A stretch of DNA of 64,000 nucleotides from an uncultured Gemmatimonadales bacterium (GTDB lineage Bacteria; Gemmatimonadota; Gemmatimonadetes; Longimicrobiales; Gaopeijiaceae): assembly GCA_963809895.1 (NCBI GenBank), contig CAWELD010000003.1, positions 2,368,001-2,432,000 on the forward strand. The letters are read 5' to 3'. Every line of letters starts with the position of its first letter. Position 1 is the stretch's first letter. Under the pieces are notes generated by a model. It was given only the letters and a program-made list of their open reading frames with translations, made no database searches and was not told the origin of the DNA. Positions 9,984 through 19,124 of this stretch are shown here, piece by piece. Position numbers and translations under genes: made by a program.

Positions 9984-12655
9984 GGTGGGCCACGACGATC
10001 TACCGACTGGCGCTCCGCGCGCTGCCACCGGCGCTGCGCCGGGACTCGGGCCCCGACATGCTCCGCACCTTCCGGCAGTTGGCCCTGCGCGCTCGAGGCC
10101 GTGGCCGGCTGGCGCTGTGGGCCCTGGTCGCACGCGAGGTGACCGACGTGCTGACGTCGGGGATCGGTGGTCGCCTCGCCGCCGCCTCCTCGCTGGTCTT
10201 CGGTGCGCCGCAGCTCGCGCGCCGCCTCGTGCGCCGGCCCACGCACGCCTTCGCCGTGGTGGCGACGCTGGCGCTCGGGGTAGGGGCGAGCACGGCCATG
10301 TTCGCCGTCACCGACACGGTGCTCGCCGACGCCCCGTTTCCCGAGCCGGACCGCATCGTGAACGTCTGGAACCTCCGGCTCGAGAACGGCAACTCCATCC
10401 CGGGCACCGACAACGCCTCCTTCCTCGCCTGGCGGGGCTTGAGCGACGTCTTCGAGCGGGTCGAGGGGTTCCAGCGCACCACCCGGGTGATCACGGACGA
10501 CGGCCCACCCGAGCAGGTGACCACCGCCGTCGTGACGCCCGGTCTGGCGGAGCTCCTGGGCGCGCACCCGATCGTGGGCCGTGGGTTCGTGGACCCGGAG
10601 GGCCGGCCCGGAGACCAGGACTACGCGATCCTGGGCTGGGACCTGTGGGCACGCCGGTACGGCGCGGATCCGAAGCTCGTGGGACGCACCATCGAGTTGA
10701 ATCGACGGAGGACCACGGTCGTCGGGGTGCTGCCGCGGGGCTTCGCCTTCCCGAGCCAGGATACCGAGGTCTGGCTGCCGGTGGCCGCCACGCCGGCAGC
10801 GCTGAGCAGGACGCCGGGGTCGCCCCTGATGCCGGGACTCGACGTGGTGGCGCGACTCCGGCCGGGCCTCGACCTGGACGCCGCGAACGCCGCCTTGCGC
10901 CCACGAGAGGAGGCTCTGGTCGAAGCCGGGGCCACCCCGGGCTACCTGCCCGAAGTCCACGACATGGGCTTCTTCCTGACGCCGGAGCGCACGCGGCGCA
11001 CGCTGGCCCTCCTCATGGGCGCCGTGCTCATGGTGCTCCTCATCGCCGTGGCCAACGTGGTGGGGCTCGGGTTGTCCCAGTCGCTGGATCGCCGACGGGA
11101 GCTCGCCGTGCGCGAGGCCCTGGGCGCGGGCCGGCGTCGCCTGGCCACCGAGCTGCTCCTCGAGAACCTCGCCCTGGCGCTGGTGGGCAGCGCCGCCGGG
11201 CTCGGCGTCGCGACGCTGGTGCTGCGCGCCCTCCTGCCCATGGTGCCGGACCAGCTCGGTATCGTCACGTGGGGGCGGCCCCTGGGGATCTGGCCCACCG
11301 GGCTCTTCTTCGCCCTGGGGGCGGCGCTGGTGGTGGCGCCGGCCGTGACCCTGTTGACCTGGACCCGACGCGGAGGCGAGCCCAACGAAGCGCTCACCAA
11401 CGCGCGCCAGGCGACACCCACCCGCCGGGGCCTCGCGCTGCAACAGACCATCATCGCCGGCCAGATGGCGCTGGCGGTGCTTCTCCTCGCCGGCTCTGCG
11501 CTGGTGGCCAACAGCGTGCTGCGCCTGACCCACGTGGACACCGGCTTCGACGACGACAGGCTGCTCCTGGCGAGCCTACGCATCCCCACGGGCATGATGC
11601 CGACGAGCACCGACGATGTGGACGCCGGCGATCACACGACCGTGGCCGTAGCTCTCTTCGACGAGTTCCGGCAGGCGCTGGAGCGGATCCCCGGGGTGGA
11701 GGCCGTGACGCTCACCGACACGCCTTTCCCCTCCACCAGCTTCAGGTTCCGCCCGGAGCTGGAGACGCCGGGCCGGCCAACGGCGACGCTGGGGGTGTCC
11801 GCTCCCCAGTACGACTTCCTGCCCATCGGCGAGATCGTGCCGGGCTTTCTGCGGACCACCGGCGTGAAGCTCCTGGAGGGGCGCGACTTCACCGACGCCG
11901 ACGACCCGCGCACCACCGTCATCGTCAACCGGACGCTGGCTCGCCAGCTGTGGCCCGACGGCTCGCCCCTGGGCCGGAGCCTGCGCATCGCACCCCGCTC
12001 CCCCTGGCAGACTGTGGTGGGAGTGGTGGAGCCGACGGTCCAGGGAAGCCTGCGGGACAACTGGGGCGCCGGAGGCGAGATCTGGGTGCCCCTGGATCGG
12101 GAGGAGTCCGACGCCTATCGCACCTTCCTGATCCGCACCGACGGCCGGGAGCCCAGGGCGCTGGTGGAGCCCGTGCGACGAGCCATCTGGCAGGTGGACC
12201 CTGTGCAGCCCATCGAGCGCCTCCTCCCTCTGCGGAAGGCCTATGGCGGAACCATCGACCGCGAGCGCTTCTTTCTCGCGCTCCTCGGCGTGTTCGCCGG
12301 TCTGGCCACGACGCTGGCCGCATGCGGGATCTACGCCCTGCTGGCGCGGGCGGTGACCCGCCGCACCCGGGAGCTGGGCATCCGCAAGGCCCTGGGTGCG
12401 CGGCCCACTCAGATCTTCGGGTACGCTGTGCGTACCGGCCTGGTGCCCGCCGGCGTGGGAATCGGCCTGGGACTGGCCGCCGCGGTGCCGCTGGGGCGGC
12501 TCCTCCGGGACCTGCTCTACGGGATCGCGCCCGGCGATCCGACCTCCATGCTGGTCACGGCTTCGGTCCTGCTGGGCGTCGCAGCCCTCGCCGCGGCCCC
12601 ACCCGCCATCCGTGCGCTCCGGACCGACGTGGTGGCGTCGCTGACCACCGAATGA
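9980..12655 (+). CDS. ADOP family duplicated orphan permease (2x MacB_PCD + FtsX)
   Basis: TLALGVGASTAMF, LLIAVANV, RRRELAVREALGA, RRTRELGIRKALGA; ATGA overlap with padR. Confidence 0.9.
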   Translation: MRWATTIYRLALRALPPALRRDSGPDMLRTFRQLALRARGRGRLALWALVAREVTDVLTSGIGGRLAAASSLVFGAPQLARRLVRRPTHAFAVVATLALGVGASTAMFAVTDTVLADAPFPEPDRIVNVWNLRLENGNSIPGTDNASFLAWRGLSDVFERVEGFQRTTRVITDDGPPEQVTTAVVTPGLAELLGAHPIVGRGFVDPEGRPGDQDYAILGWDLWARRYGADPKLVGRTIELNRRRTTVVGVLPRGFAFPSQDTEVWLPVAATPAALSRTPGSPLMPGLDVVARLRPGLDLDAANAALRPREEALVEAGATPGYLPEVHDMGFFLTPERTRRTLALLMGAVLMVLLIAVANVVGLGLSQSLDRRRELAVREALGAGRRRLATELLLENLALALVGSAAGLGVATLVLRALLPMVPDQLGIVTWGRPLGIWPTGLFFALGAALVVAPAVTLLTWTRRGGEPNEALTNARQATPTRRGLALQQTIIAGQMALAVLLLAGSALVANSVLRLTHVDTGFDDDRLLLASLRIPTGMMPTSTDDVDAGDHTTVAVALFDEFRQALERIPGVEAVTLTDTPFPSTSFRFRPELETPGRPTATLGVSAPQYDFLPIGEIVPGFLRTTGVKLLEGRDFTDADDPRTTVIVNRTLARQLWPDGSPLGRSLRIAPRSPWQTVVGVVEPTVQGSLRDNWGAGGEIWVPLDREESDAYRTFLIRTDGREPRALVEPVRRAIWQVDPVQPIERLLPLRKAYGGTIDRERFFLALLGVFAGLATTLAACGIYALLARAVTRRTRELGIRKALGARPTQIFGYAVRTGLVPAGVGIGLGLAAAVPLGRLLRDLLYGIAPGDPTSMLVTASVLLGVAALAAAPPAIRALRTDVVASLTTE

Positions 12656-12664
12656 GGGGCCGCG

Positions 12665-13039
12665 TCAGCCGGCGTCGGCGTCGGCGCCGGTGATGGTGAG
12701 CAGGAGCGCCGTGTCCTGGAGCGTGCGGATGTCCTGCGCATGTCCGGGCCCGAAGAACAGGACCTCTCCACGCCCCATCTCGAAGCGCTCCTCGCCCACG
12801 CGGTAGCTCAGGCGGCCCTCGACCACCTGGAGGGTCATGGGGCTCTCGGCCTGATGGGTTCCGATCTCCACGTCGTCCGCCAGGACCACCAGCGTCAGTC
12901 GTAGCGCACCGGACTTCACCAGCGTGCGCCCGGTGCGGCCGCCGCGCAGGTAGCCTTCGTCGCCCCGCAGCTCCTCGATCTGCGAAGCCAGATCGAAGGT
13001 GAGGTTGGGTCCGGCCAACGGACGTGTCATGGGCGACAT
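12665..13039 (-). CDS. Cupin domain protein
   Basis: RTLVKSGALRLTLV, HQAESPMTLQVVEG cupin pattern; GGAGG RBS. Confidence 0.8.
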   Translation of the reverse strand: MSPMTRPLAGPNLTFDLASQIEELRGDEGYLRGGRTGRTLVKSGALRLTLVVLADDVEIGTHQAESPMTLQVVEGRLSYRVGEERFEMGRGEVLFFGPGHAQDIRTLQDTALLLTITGADADAG

Positions 13040-13218
13040 GTGGATCCTCCGGAAGCGAGCGCACGAGAAGGCGACGCTCCAGCATAAGGCCCCGGCGCCC
13101 GCCGACGCCACGCGACGGCGATTTCCGAGCCTTCGCTCCCTCGCCACGGACCCCCACCTCCGGTAGCTTTGGAAGGAGGATCGGAGCGTGGAATCCCCGA
13201 GACCACCCGGAGGGTGCG

Positions 13219-13515
13219 ATGGAGCTCAAAGAGGACTGGCGCGTCTCGTTCCCCGGCGTGACGGTGGCGGCCCGCTTCAGGGAGAAGGCGGCGGAGTACG
13301 TCGAGCGGCTCGCCACCGAGCCCGAGGCCGTGGGCGCCGAGATCGGCAGCCAGCGCTGGGGACACGAATTCGACCTGGCAGGCATCCCCCAGCCCGAGCT
13401 CGACGAGGTCCGCAGCCTCTTCGAACGGGCCGGCGAGGCCATCGAGGAGGGCGCCATGGACGACGCCGTGGGGCTGCTGGAAGACGTGATCGCGTACTGC
13501 ACGCCGGAGGAGTAG
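13219..13515 (+). CDS. Small acidic hypothetical protein
   Basis: GGAGGG RBS, GC3-rich codons, 98 aa. Confidence 0.7.
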   Translation: MELKEDWRVSFPGVTVAARFREKAAEYVERLATEPEAVGAEIGSQRWGHEFDLAGIPQPELDEVRSLFERAGEAIEEGAMDDAVGLLEDVIAYCTPEE

Positions 13516-13524
13516 GGGGCGCCC

Positions 13525-13899
13525 GTGATCCGTACCGCGCTGGCGCTTCTCATGGCGCTCCACGGGGTAGCCCACCTCGTGGGCTTCGCGGTCCCGTGGG
13601 GCCTCGCCCACGGTGACGAGCTCACCTACAAGACCACGCTCCTGGCGGGACGCCTCGACGTGGGTGACGTGGGAATCCGTGTCGTGGGGCTCGTCTGGCT
13701 CGTGCTGGCGGTGGCGTTCGTGGCCTCGGCCGTGGGCGCCTTCACCCAGCAGCCCTGGTGGACCGGCGCCGCCACCTGGACCGCCGTGGCGTCGCTGGGC
13801 ATGAGCCTGCTGTCCCTTCCCGAAGCCAGGATCGGGGTGCCCGTGAACCTGCTCGTGTTGGCGGCGCTCCTGATCGGAGGACGCGTCGGCTGGTGGTAA
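13525..13899 (+). CDS. Four-TM hypothetical membrane protein
   Basis: LHGVAHLVGF motif, hydrophobic helices. Confidence 0.78.
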   Translation: MIRTALALLMALHGVAHLVGFAVPWGLAHGDELTYKTTLLAGRLDVGDVGIRVVGLVWLVLAVAFVASAVGAFTQQPWWTGAATWTAVASLGMSLLSLPEARIGVPVNLLVLAALLIGGRVGWW

Positions 13900-13904
13900 C
13901 AGAA

Positions 13905-13938
13905 TCGGCCGCGCCACCCCGAAGGGCGACGCGGCCGA
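13905..13938. terminator. Hairpin between convergent genes
   Basis: TCGGCCGCG...CGCGGCCGA stem; no clear U-tract. Confidence 0.45.
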
Positions 13939-13962
13939 AGGAGCGGCGTGGCGGGCCGCCGC

Positions 13963-14637
13963 TCAGTTCCCGACGGTGAAGGAATAGCCGACGAAGACGG
14001 AGCCGGCGCGGTTCTTGAAGCTGTCGTTGGAATCACCCGAATCGTTGAGATCGGCGAGTCCGAGCGTGTAGCGGCCCTCGAGAATCACCGCGCCCGAACC
14101 CGCGGGGATCGCAACCCCCGCACCGACCACGGCGCTGAAGTCGGTGCTCTTGCGTTGCAACTCCAGCTCGTAGTCGTTCCCGTCGCAGTCCACGTCGATG
14201 GAAATACCCCCGGATTCGCCCGAGAACTTGCACGAAGCTTCGAACGACACGGCTCCGCCACCCAGCAGGTAGGGCGATACCGAAGAGCCGGACCCCAGCG
14301 GGACGCGCAGGAGCACGGGAATCTCGATGTAGTCCATCTTGAGCGTCAGATCGACGTCCGAACCGTCACCGGCGGTCACCTTCGCCCCCTTCTGCGAGTA
14401 GAGCAGCTCGGGCTGAAGGTAGATGCCACCGATGGGAATGCTCAGGAACACGCCCCCGCCGGCGGCGGTGCGCGTGCTGACGTCGGCCTCGGGATTTTCC
14501 ACGCTGGGCTTGGAGAAGTTCAGTCCGCCCTTCACGCCGATCTGCATGGATCGCCCACCCATCATCTGTGCACTCACCGGCGCCACGGACACGGCCGTCG
14601 CGCTCAATACCGCAAGCAACCACACGGACTTCCTCAT
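13963..14637 (-). CDS. Outer-membrane beta-barrel (porin family) protein
   Basis: Signal peptide, GVKGGLNFS, LQPELLYSQKG, YIEIPVLL, C-terminal VGYSF. Confidence 0.88.
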   Translation of the reverse strand: MRKSVWLLAVLSATAVSVAPVSAQMMGGRSMQIGVKGGLNFSKPSVENPEADVSTRTAAGGGVFLSIPIGGIYLQPELLYSQKGAKVTAGDGSDVDLTLKMDYIEIPVLLRVPLGSGSSVSPYLLGGGAVSFEASCKFSGESGGISIDVDCDGNDYELELQRKSTDFSAVVGAGVAIPAGSGAVILEGRYTLGLADLNDSGDSNDSFKNRAGSVFVGYSFTVGN

Positions 14638-14692
14638 GGGTCCTCACCATCCTCTGGGGTCACGCCCGGCCCGGACATGGGGCCAGACTGGG

Positions 14693-14708
14693 TTGAAGAT
14701 ATTTTCAA
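14693..14708. promoter_or_regulatory. Near-palindrome TTGAAGATATTTTCAA, candidate TF site
   Basis: 14 of 16 positions self-complementary; AT-rich; lies between the divergent porin and addA genes. Confidence 0.4.
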
Positions 14709-14753
14709 TTATCGTCGGCGCCGCGCGTGGGTCAACGATCTCGTTCACCGCCC

Positions 14754-14782
14754 TCGACGCGGTCTCCGCCGCCGGGTAGGTT
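14754..14782 (+). promoter_or_regulatory. Putative sigma70 promoter for a leaderless addA transcript
   Basis: TCGACG-N17-TAGGTT, 6 nt before the ATG; no Shine-Dalgarno. Confidence 0.4.
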
Positions 14783-14788
14783 GCGGCC

Positions 14789-17700
14789 ATGAATCTCTCC
14801 CTGCCCGACCAACGTGCCCGGGACCGGATCCGGACGGCTCTGGACACCAATATCCTGGTGGAAGCAGGAGCGGGGTCCGGCAAGACCACCGCGCTCGTGG
14901 ACCGCATGGTGGCGCTGGTCGGCGACCACGGCGTCGAGGTGGAGCAGGTCGCGGCAGTCACCTTCACGCGCAAGGCCGCCGGCGAGTTGAGAGAGCGCTT
15001 CCAGGGGGCGTTGGAGAAGGCGCGCCGCAAGGCCGAGGCGGACAGCCCTCAGCGGGCGCGCCTGGAGGCTTCGTTGGGATCGGTGGACCGGGCGTTCATG
15101 GGAACCATCCACGCCTTCTGCGCACGCCTCCTGAGGGAGCGACCCCTCGAGGCCGGCCTGGACCCCGCCTTCGGAGAGCTCACGGCCCAACAGTCCCTGG
15201 GGCTCGCCACCAGGTGGTGGAACGTCTGGCTGGAACGCCTCGCCGCCGACGGGGATCCGGTGCTCGATGCGCTGGACGAGCTCGGCATCCGCCCGGACCA
15301 GCTCCAGCACACCTTCGCGCAGCTGACCGAATACTCCGACGTGGACTTCCCCGCACCGACCGAAGCGCGCCCGGACCCCTCGGAGATCCTGGCGGTGCGC
15401 AGGGAGCTCGACGAGCTCATGGATCGGGCGGACGGGATCTTCCCCGACCAGGAGCCGGACCGCGGGTGGGGAGAGCTCCAGCAGTCCCTGAAGACCGCCT
15501 GGTTCTATCGCCGCGCCATGGACTGGGACGACGAGCGCGTGGTCATGGAGGCGATCCGCCTCGTCCTGGCCAAGGCCGACAAGGTCACGCTCAGCCGTTG
15601 GTTCCCGGAGCGGAAGGACCAGGGGCCGATCAAGGACCTGCGCGACGACTTCCGTGCCTGGGCCGCGGAGGGCGGTCGTGCGGACCGCCTCGTGCGGCGC
15701 TGGTTGGCCCACTGTTACCCGGTCTGTCTCGGCTTCGCACAGCGGGCCGCCCGCGATTTCGCGCGCTTCCGCAAGCGGACCGGCCAACTCTCGTTCCACG
15801 ACCTGCTGGCCCTCACGGCCGATCTCCTGCGGCGCTCGCCCCAGGCGCGCCGGGACCTGGGTACGCGCTACCGCTACCTGCTGGTGGACGAGTTCCAGGA
15901 CACGGACCCCTTGCAAGCCGAGGTGCTCTTCCTGCTCGCCTCCGACCCCGACGAGGGCGACGAGGGCGATTGGCGCCGCAGCGTTCCCCGGCCTGGCGCG
16001 CTCTTCGTGGTGGGGGATCCCAAGCAGAGCATCTACCGCTTTCGGCGAGCCGACATCGCCCTGTACCAGCAGGTGCGCGAGCGGTTCGACCCCGCCTCGG
16101 GCGGCTTCGGAGCCGTCGTCCGCCTGACCGCCAACTTCCGGTCCCTGGCGCCGGTGGGCGCGCTGGTGAACGACGTCTTCGCGGACCCCGACCGATTCCC
16201 CGCCGACCCCACGCCCCAGCAGGCTCCCTTCGCCCCGCTGGAGCCCCAGCGCACCGACGCCCACCAGGGCGGGGGTGTGTACGTCTACGACATTCCACCC
16301 TGCCAGGACCCCGACGTCAGCGGTCGCGGGCGTGAGAAGCCCGAGCGGGATACCGAGGCCACGGCCCTGGCCCGCTGGATCGCCCGGCGCGTCGACGACG
16401 GGGAGCGCACGCCCGGCGATTTCCTGTTGCTCACCCGGACCAAGCGCGCTCTGGACACCTATGCCAGGGCCCTGGAGGCCCGGAACCTCCCGGTCGAGGT
16501 CTCCGGGGCAGGCGTGGGGATCGAGGAGGAGCTGGCCGAGCTCGAAGCGGTGCTCAGGGCCCTCTCCGATCCCGACGACGTGGTGCTCACGGTCGCGGCC
16601 CTGACAGGCCTCTTCTTCGGACTCGACCTCGAACAGCTCCTCCGGCGCCAGGAGGAGCGCCAGCGCACGCTGGGTCACCCGGGCGGCGCTTTCGACTTCC
16701 GCCAGGTTCCGCCCCGGACCGCCGACGACTACGGGGCGGCCAGCCGGGAGGCTCCCGTGGAGGCGGCGCTGGGCACCCTGCACCGCTGGTGGCGGAGGGC
16801 GCAGGCCGAGGCCTCGGACGTGGTGGTGGCCGAGATCGTGGACGAGCTGGGACTGCTTCCCTGGGCCGCCGCGGGAGAGCTGGGTCAGATCCGCGCCGGG
16901 GCCCTCGCCTTCGCGCTGGATGCGGTGCGCGGCGCGGGTCTCGACGGAGACACCTCGCTGGTCGGCGCCCTGGAAGCGCTGCAGACCGCGCTGGCCGAAG
17001 AAGAGTCGGAGGCGCCGCTGGAACCGGAGCGGCCACAGGCCATCCGCTTGATGAATCTCCACAAAGCCAAGGGACTCGAAGGCGCCGTGGTGGTCCTCGC
17101 CGATCCCTACGAGCCCGGGGGCTTCGACACCCGTCTCCTGGTGGAGCGCGACCCGGCCGGAGGCGTGAGGGGATGGCTTCGCGTGGGTGAGCCCGGGGCC
17201 TGGAACAGCTTCCACGCGCTGGCCCAGCCTCTCTCCTGGCCCGACAAGGAAGAGGCGGAGCAGCGCTTCGCGGACGCCGAAGAGACCCGCCTGCTGTACG
17301 TGGCGGCGACGCGAGCCTGCGACGAGTTGGTGGTGACGCGGTGCGGCGATCCGAAGCGCGCGCCCAGGTCGCCCTGGTGTGCCTTTCACGCCTGGCTCGA
17401 CCAGAACGGCCACGCCCTCGAGCTCGAGGCCGAGCCGCCACCCCCCCGCGACCGCCTGCACACCACCGCCGCCGAAATCGGCCGGCGCGTGGACTTCATC
17501 AGGGCGCGCCGCGAAGCCGCGGCGGCGCCGGGCTATGCCTTCGACACGGTCACGGGGCGGGTCCACCACGACGACGCGGCCACCCTCGCCGCCGACGCCG
17601 AGGCCCCCTCGGCAGAGTCGCTCGGCGTCGACGAGACCGGCCTCACCTACGACCTCGCCGAAGCCGACAGCTCGGGGCCGGGCGGCTTCGAGTGGGGCAG

Positions 17701-18169
17701 CGCCGTCCATGCGGTGCTGGAGGCCGCGGCCCGCGGCGTCGAGGGTGAGGCGCTGGCCGCCGCGGCCCGCACCGCGCTGCTGGAGCAGGACCGCCCGGCC
17801 CGGGACGGGGAGCCCACCGAGCTGGCCACGCTCCTCGCCCTCGTGGATGCGGTGCGAGCGTCGGAGCTGTGGGAGCAGGCCGAGGCCGCCGGCGAAGCGG
17901 GACTCCGCCTCGCCGAGCATCCTTTCGCGCTGGAGATGGAGGACGGATCCTTTCTGGAAGGCGTGATCGACCTGGCCTTCACCTCCCCCGACGGATGGAC
18001 GGTGGTAGACTACAAGACCGATCGCGGAGACGATCCCGAGCTGGAAGCGCGGGTCGCGCGCTATCACCGCCAGCTCGATCTGTACGCGGATGCGCTGGAG
18101 CGCCTCACCGGGCGGCCCGTGGCGGCGAAGCGGCTGTGGTTCCTGAGGCCCCGATCCACCGAACCCTGA
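14789..18169 (+). CDS. addA: AddA/RexA-like UvrD helicase with C-terminal PD-(D/E)XK nuclease
   Basis: AGAGSGKT, TFTRKAAGEL, DEFQDT, VGDPKQSIYRFR, HKAKGLE, RLLYVAATRA, GVIDL...DYKT. Confidence 0.88.
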   Translation: MNLSLPDQRARDRIRTALDTNILVEAGAGSGKTTALVDRMVALVGDHGVEVEQVAAVTFTRKAAGELRERFQGALEKARRKAEADSPQRARLEASLGSVDRAFMGTIHAFCARLLRERPLEAGLDPAFGELTAQQSLGLATRWWNVWLERLAADGDPVLDALDELGIRPDQLQHTFAQLTEYSDVDFPAPTEARPDPSEILAVRRELDELMDRADGIFPDQEPDRGWGELQQSLKTAWFYRRAMDWDDERVVMEAIRLVLAKADKVTLSRWFPERKDQGPIKDLRDDFRAWAAEGGRADRLVRRWLAHCYPVCLGFAQRAARDFARFRKRTGQLSFHDLLALTADLLRRSPQARRDLGTRYRYLLVDEFQDTDPLQAEVLFLLASDPDEGDEGDWRRSVPRPGALFVVGDPKQSIYRFRRADIALYQQVRERFDPASGGFGAVVRLTANFRSLAPVGALVNDVFADPDRFPADPTPQQAPFAPLEPQRTDAHQGGGVYVYDIPPCQDPDVSGRGREKPERDTEATALARWIARRVDDGERTPGDFLLLTRTKRALDTYARALEARNLPVEVSGAGVGIEEELAELEAVLRALSDPDDVVLTVAALTGLFFGLDLEQLLRRQEERQRTLGHPGGAFDFRQVPPRTADDYGAASREAPVEAALGTLHRWWRRAQAEASDVVVAEIVDELGLLPWAAAGELGQIRAGALAFALDAVRGAGLDGDTSLVGALEALQTALAEEESEAPLEPERPQAIRLMNLHKAKGLEGAVVVLADPYEPGGFDTRLLVERDPAGGVRGWLRVGEPGAWNSFHALAQPLSWPDKEEAEQRFADAEETRLLYVAATRACDELVVTRCGDPKRAPRSPWCAFHAWLDQNGHALELEAEPPPPRDRLHTTAAEIGRRVDFIRARREAAAAPGYAFDTVTGRVHHDDAATLAADAEAPSAESLGVDETGLTYDLAEADSSGPGGFEWGSAVHAVLEAAARGVEGEALAAAARTALLEQDRPARDGEPTELATLLALVDAVRASELWEQAEAAGEAGLRLAEHPFALEMEDGSFLEGVIDLAFTSPDGWTVVDYKTDRGDDPELEARVARYHRQLDLYADALERLTGRPVAAKRLWFLRPRSTEP

Positions 18170-18176
18170 GCGCATC

Positions 18177-19124
18177 ATGACCCGAAGCAGACTCCTGGGA
18201 CTGCTCGCGGTGGCCGGGGCGGCCATCCTCCTCTGGCTCGCCGTCGACGGGTGGCTGGAGGCCCGCTCGCTCCGGGACTACGCGCAAGAGCGTTCGAGCC
18301 GGGCCGCTGCGACGGTGGACACGCTGGCCCCACTGGACGCCCGGCTGCGAGAGAGCTCCGGCCTGGCCGTGAGTCGGGCGCACCCGGGTATCCTGTGGAC
18401 CCAGAACGACTCAGGCGACGAGCCCCGCTTCTACGCCATGGACATGTCGGGTCGGGTGCGAGCCACCTTCGACGTCGTGGGAGCCCAGGCCGTGGACTGG
18501 GAGGCCCTTGACCTGGGACCCTGCCCCGGTGCGCCATCGGATCCTTGCGTCTATCTGGGCGACATCGGTGACAACGTTCGCACGCGGGACGTGGTCACGG
18601 TCTACGTGGTCCGGGAGCCCGATCCCGCCGGCGGGGACGGGGTCGCACCGCTGGTCGGGCGGCTCCGTTACAGCTATCCCGACACCACCCACGACGCCGA
18701 GGCCCTGGCGGTGAGCGCGGCCGGGGATCTGGTGGTGGTCACCAAGGGACGCACCCCCGACATCCGGCTCTACCGCCTCGACCCGGAAGCCGTGCGTGCG
18801 GCCGTCGCGGCTGACTCGACGGTGACCCTGCCCGAAGGCACGGTACTGCCCATCGCTCCGAGCTGGATCCTGGGCCGCGTCGTCACCGGTGCGGGCTTCA
18901 GCCCCGACGGCGACCGCCTGGCCGTGCGCACGTATTCGGAGATCTTCTTCTTCGCCTGGCCACTGAGCGGGACGCCCGCGACGGTGCTGAGCTCGTGCTA
19001 TCTGGGCGATCTCGAGCCGCAGGGCGAAGCGGTGGCCTTCGAGACCCCGGATGCGGTCCTGCTGACCTCGGAGACGGCGCGCGGGAGGCAGGGAAACCTC
19101 CTGCGCGTCACCTGCCCGGGCTGA
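18177..19124 (+). CDS. Membrane-anchored beta-propeller-type hypothetical protein
   Basis: N-terminal TM; ESSGLA, WTQNDSG, DWEAL, GDIGDN, DAEAL, QGEAV motifs. Confidence 0.78.
   Translation: MTRSRLLGLLAVAGAAILLWLAVDGWLEARSLRDYAQERSSRAAATVDTLAPLDARLRESSGLAVSRAHPGILWTQNDSGDEPRFYAMDMSGRVRATFDVVGAQAVDWEALDLGPCPGAPSDPCVYLGDIGDNVRTRDVVTVYVVREPDPAGGDGVAPLVGRLRYSYPDTTHDAEALAVSAAGDLVVVTKGRTPDIRLYRLDPEAVRAAVAADSTVTLPEGTVLPIAPSWILGRVVTGAGFSPDGDRLAVRTYSEIFFFAWPLSGTPATVLSSCYLGDLEPQGEAVAFETPDAVLLTSETARGRQGNLLRVTCPG

Noticed and set aside
9583..14788. Mobile element inserted between addB and addA
   Set aside because: No integrase or transposase, no flanking direct repeats and no obvious compositional shift.
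14732..18226. 1164-aa antisense ORF over addA, and similar long shadow ORFs (e.g. 6306-9656, 9985-12693, 25762-27597)
   Set aside because: Stop-codon scarcity in high-GC DNA; these overlap well-supported genes and have no recognisable motifs.
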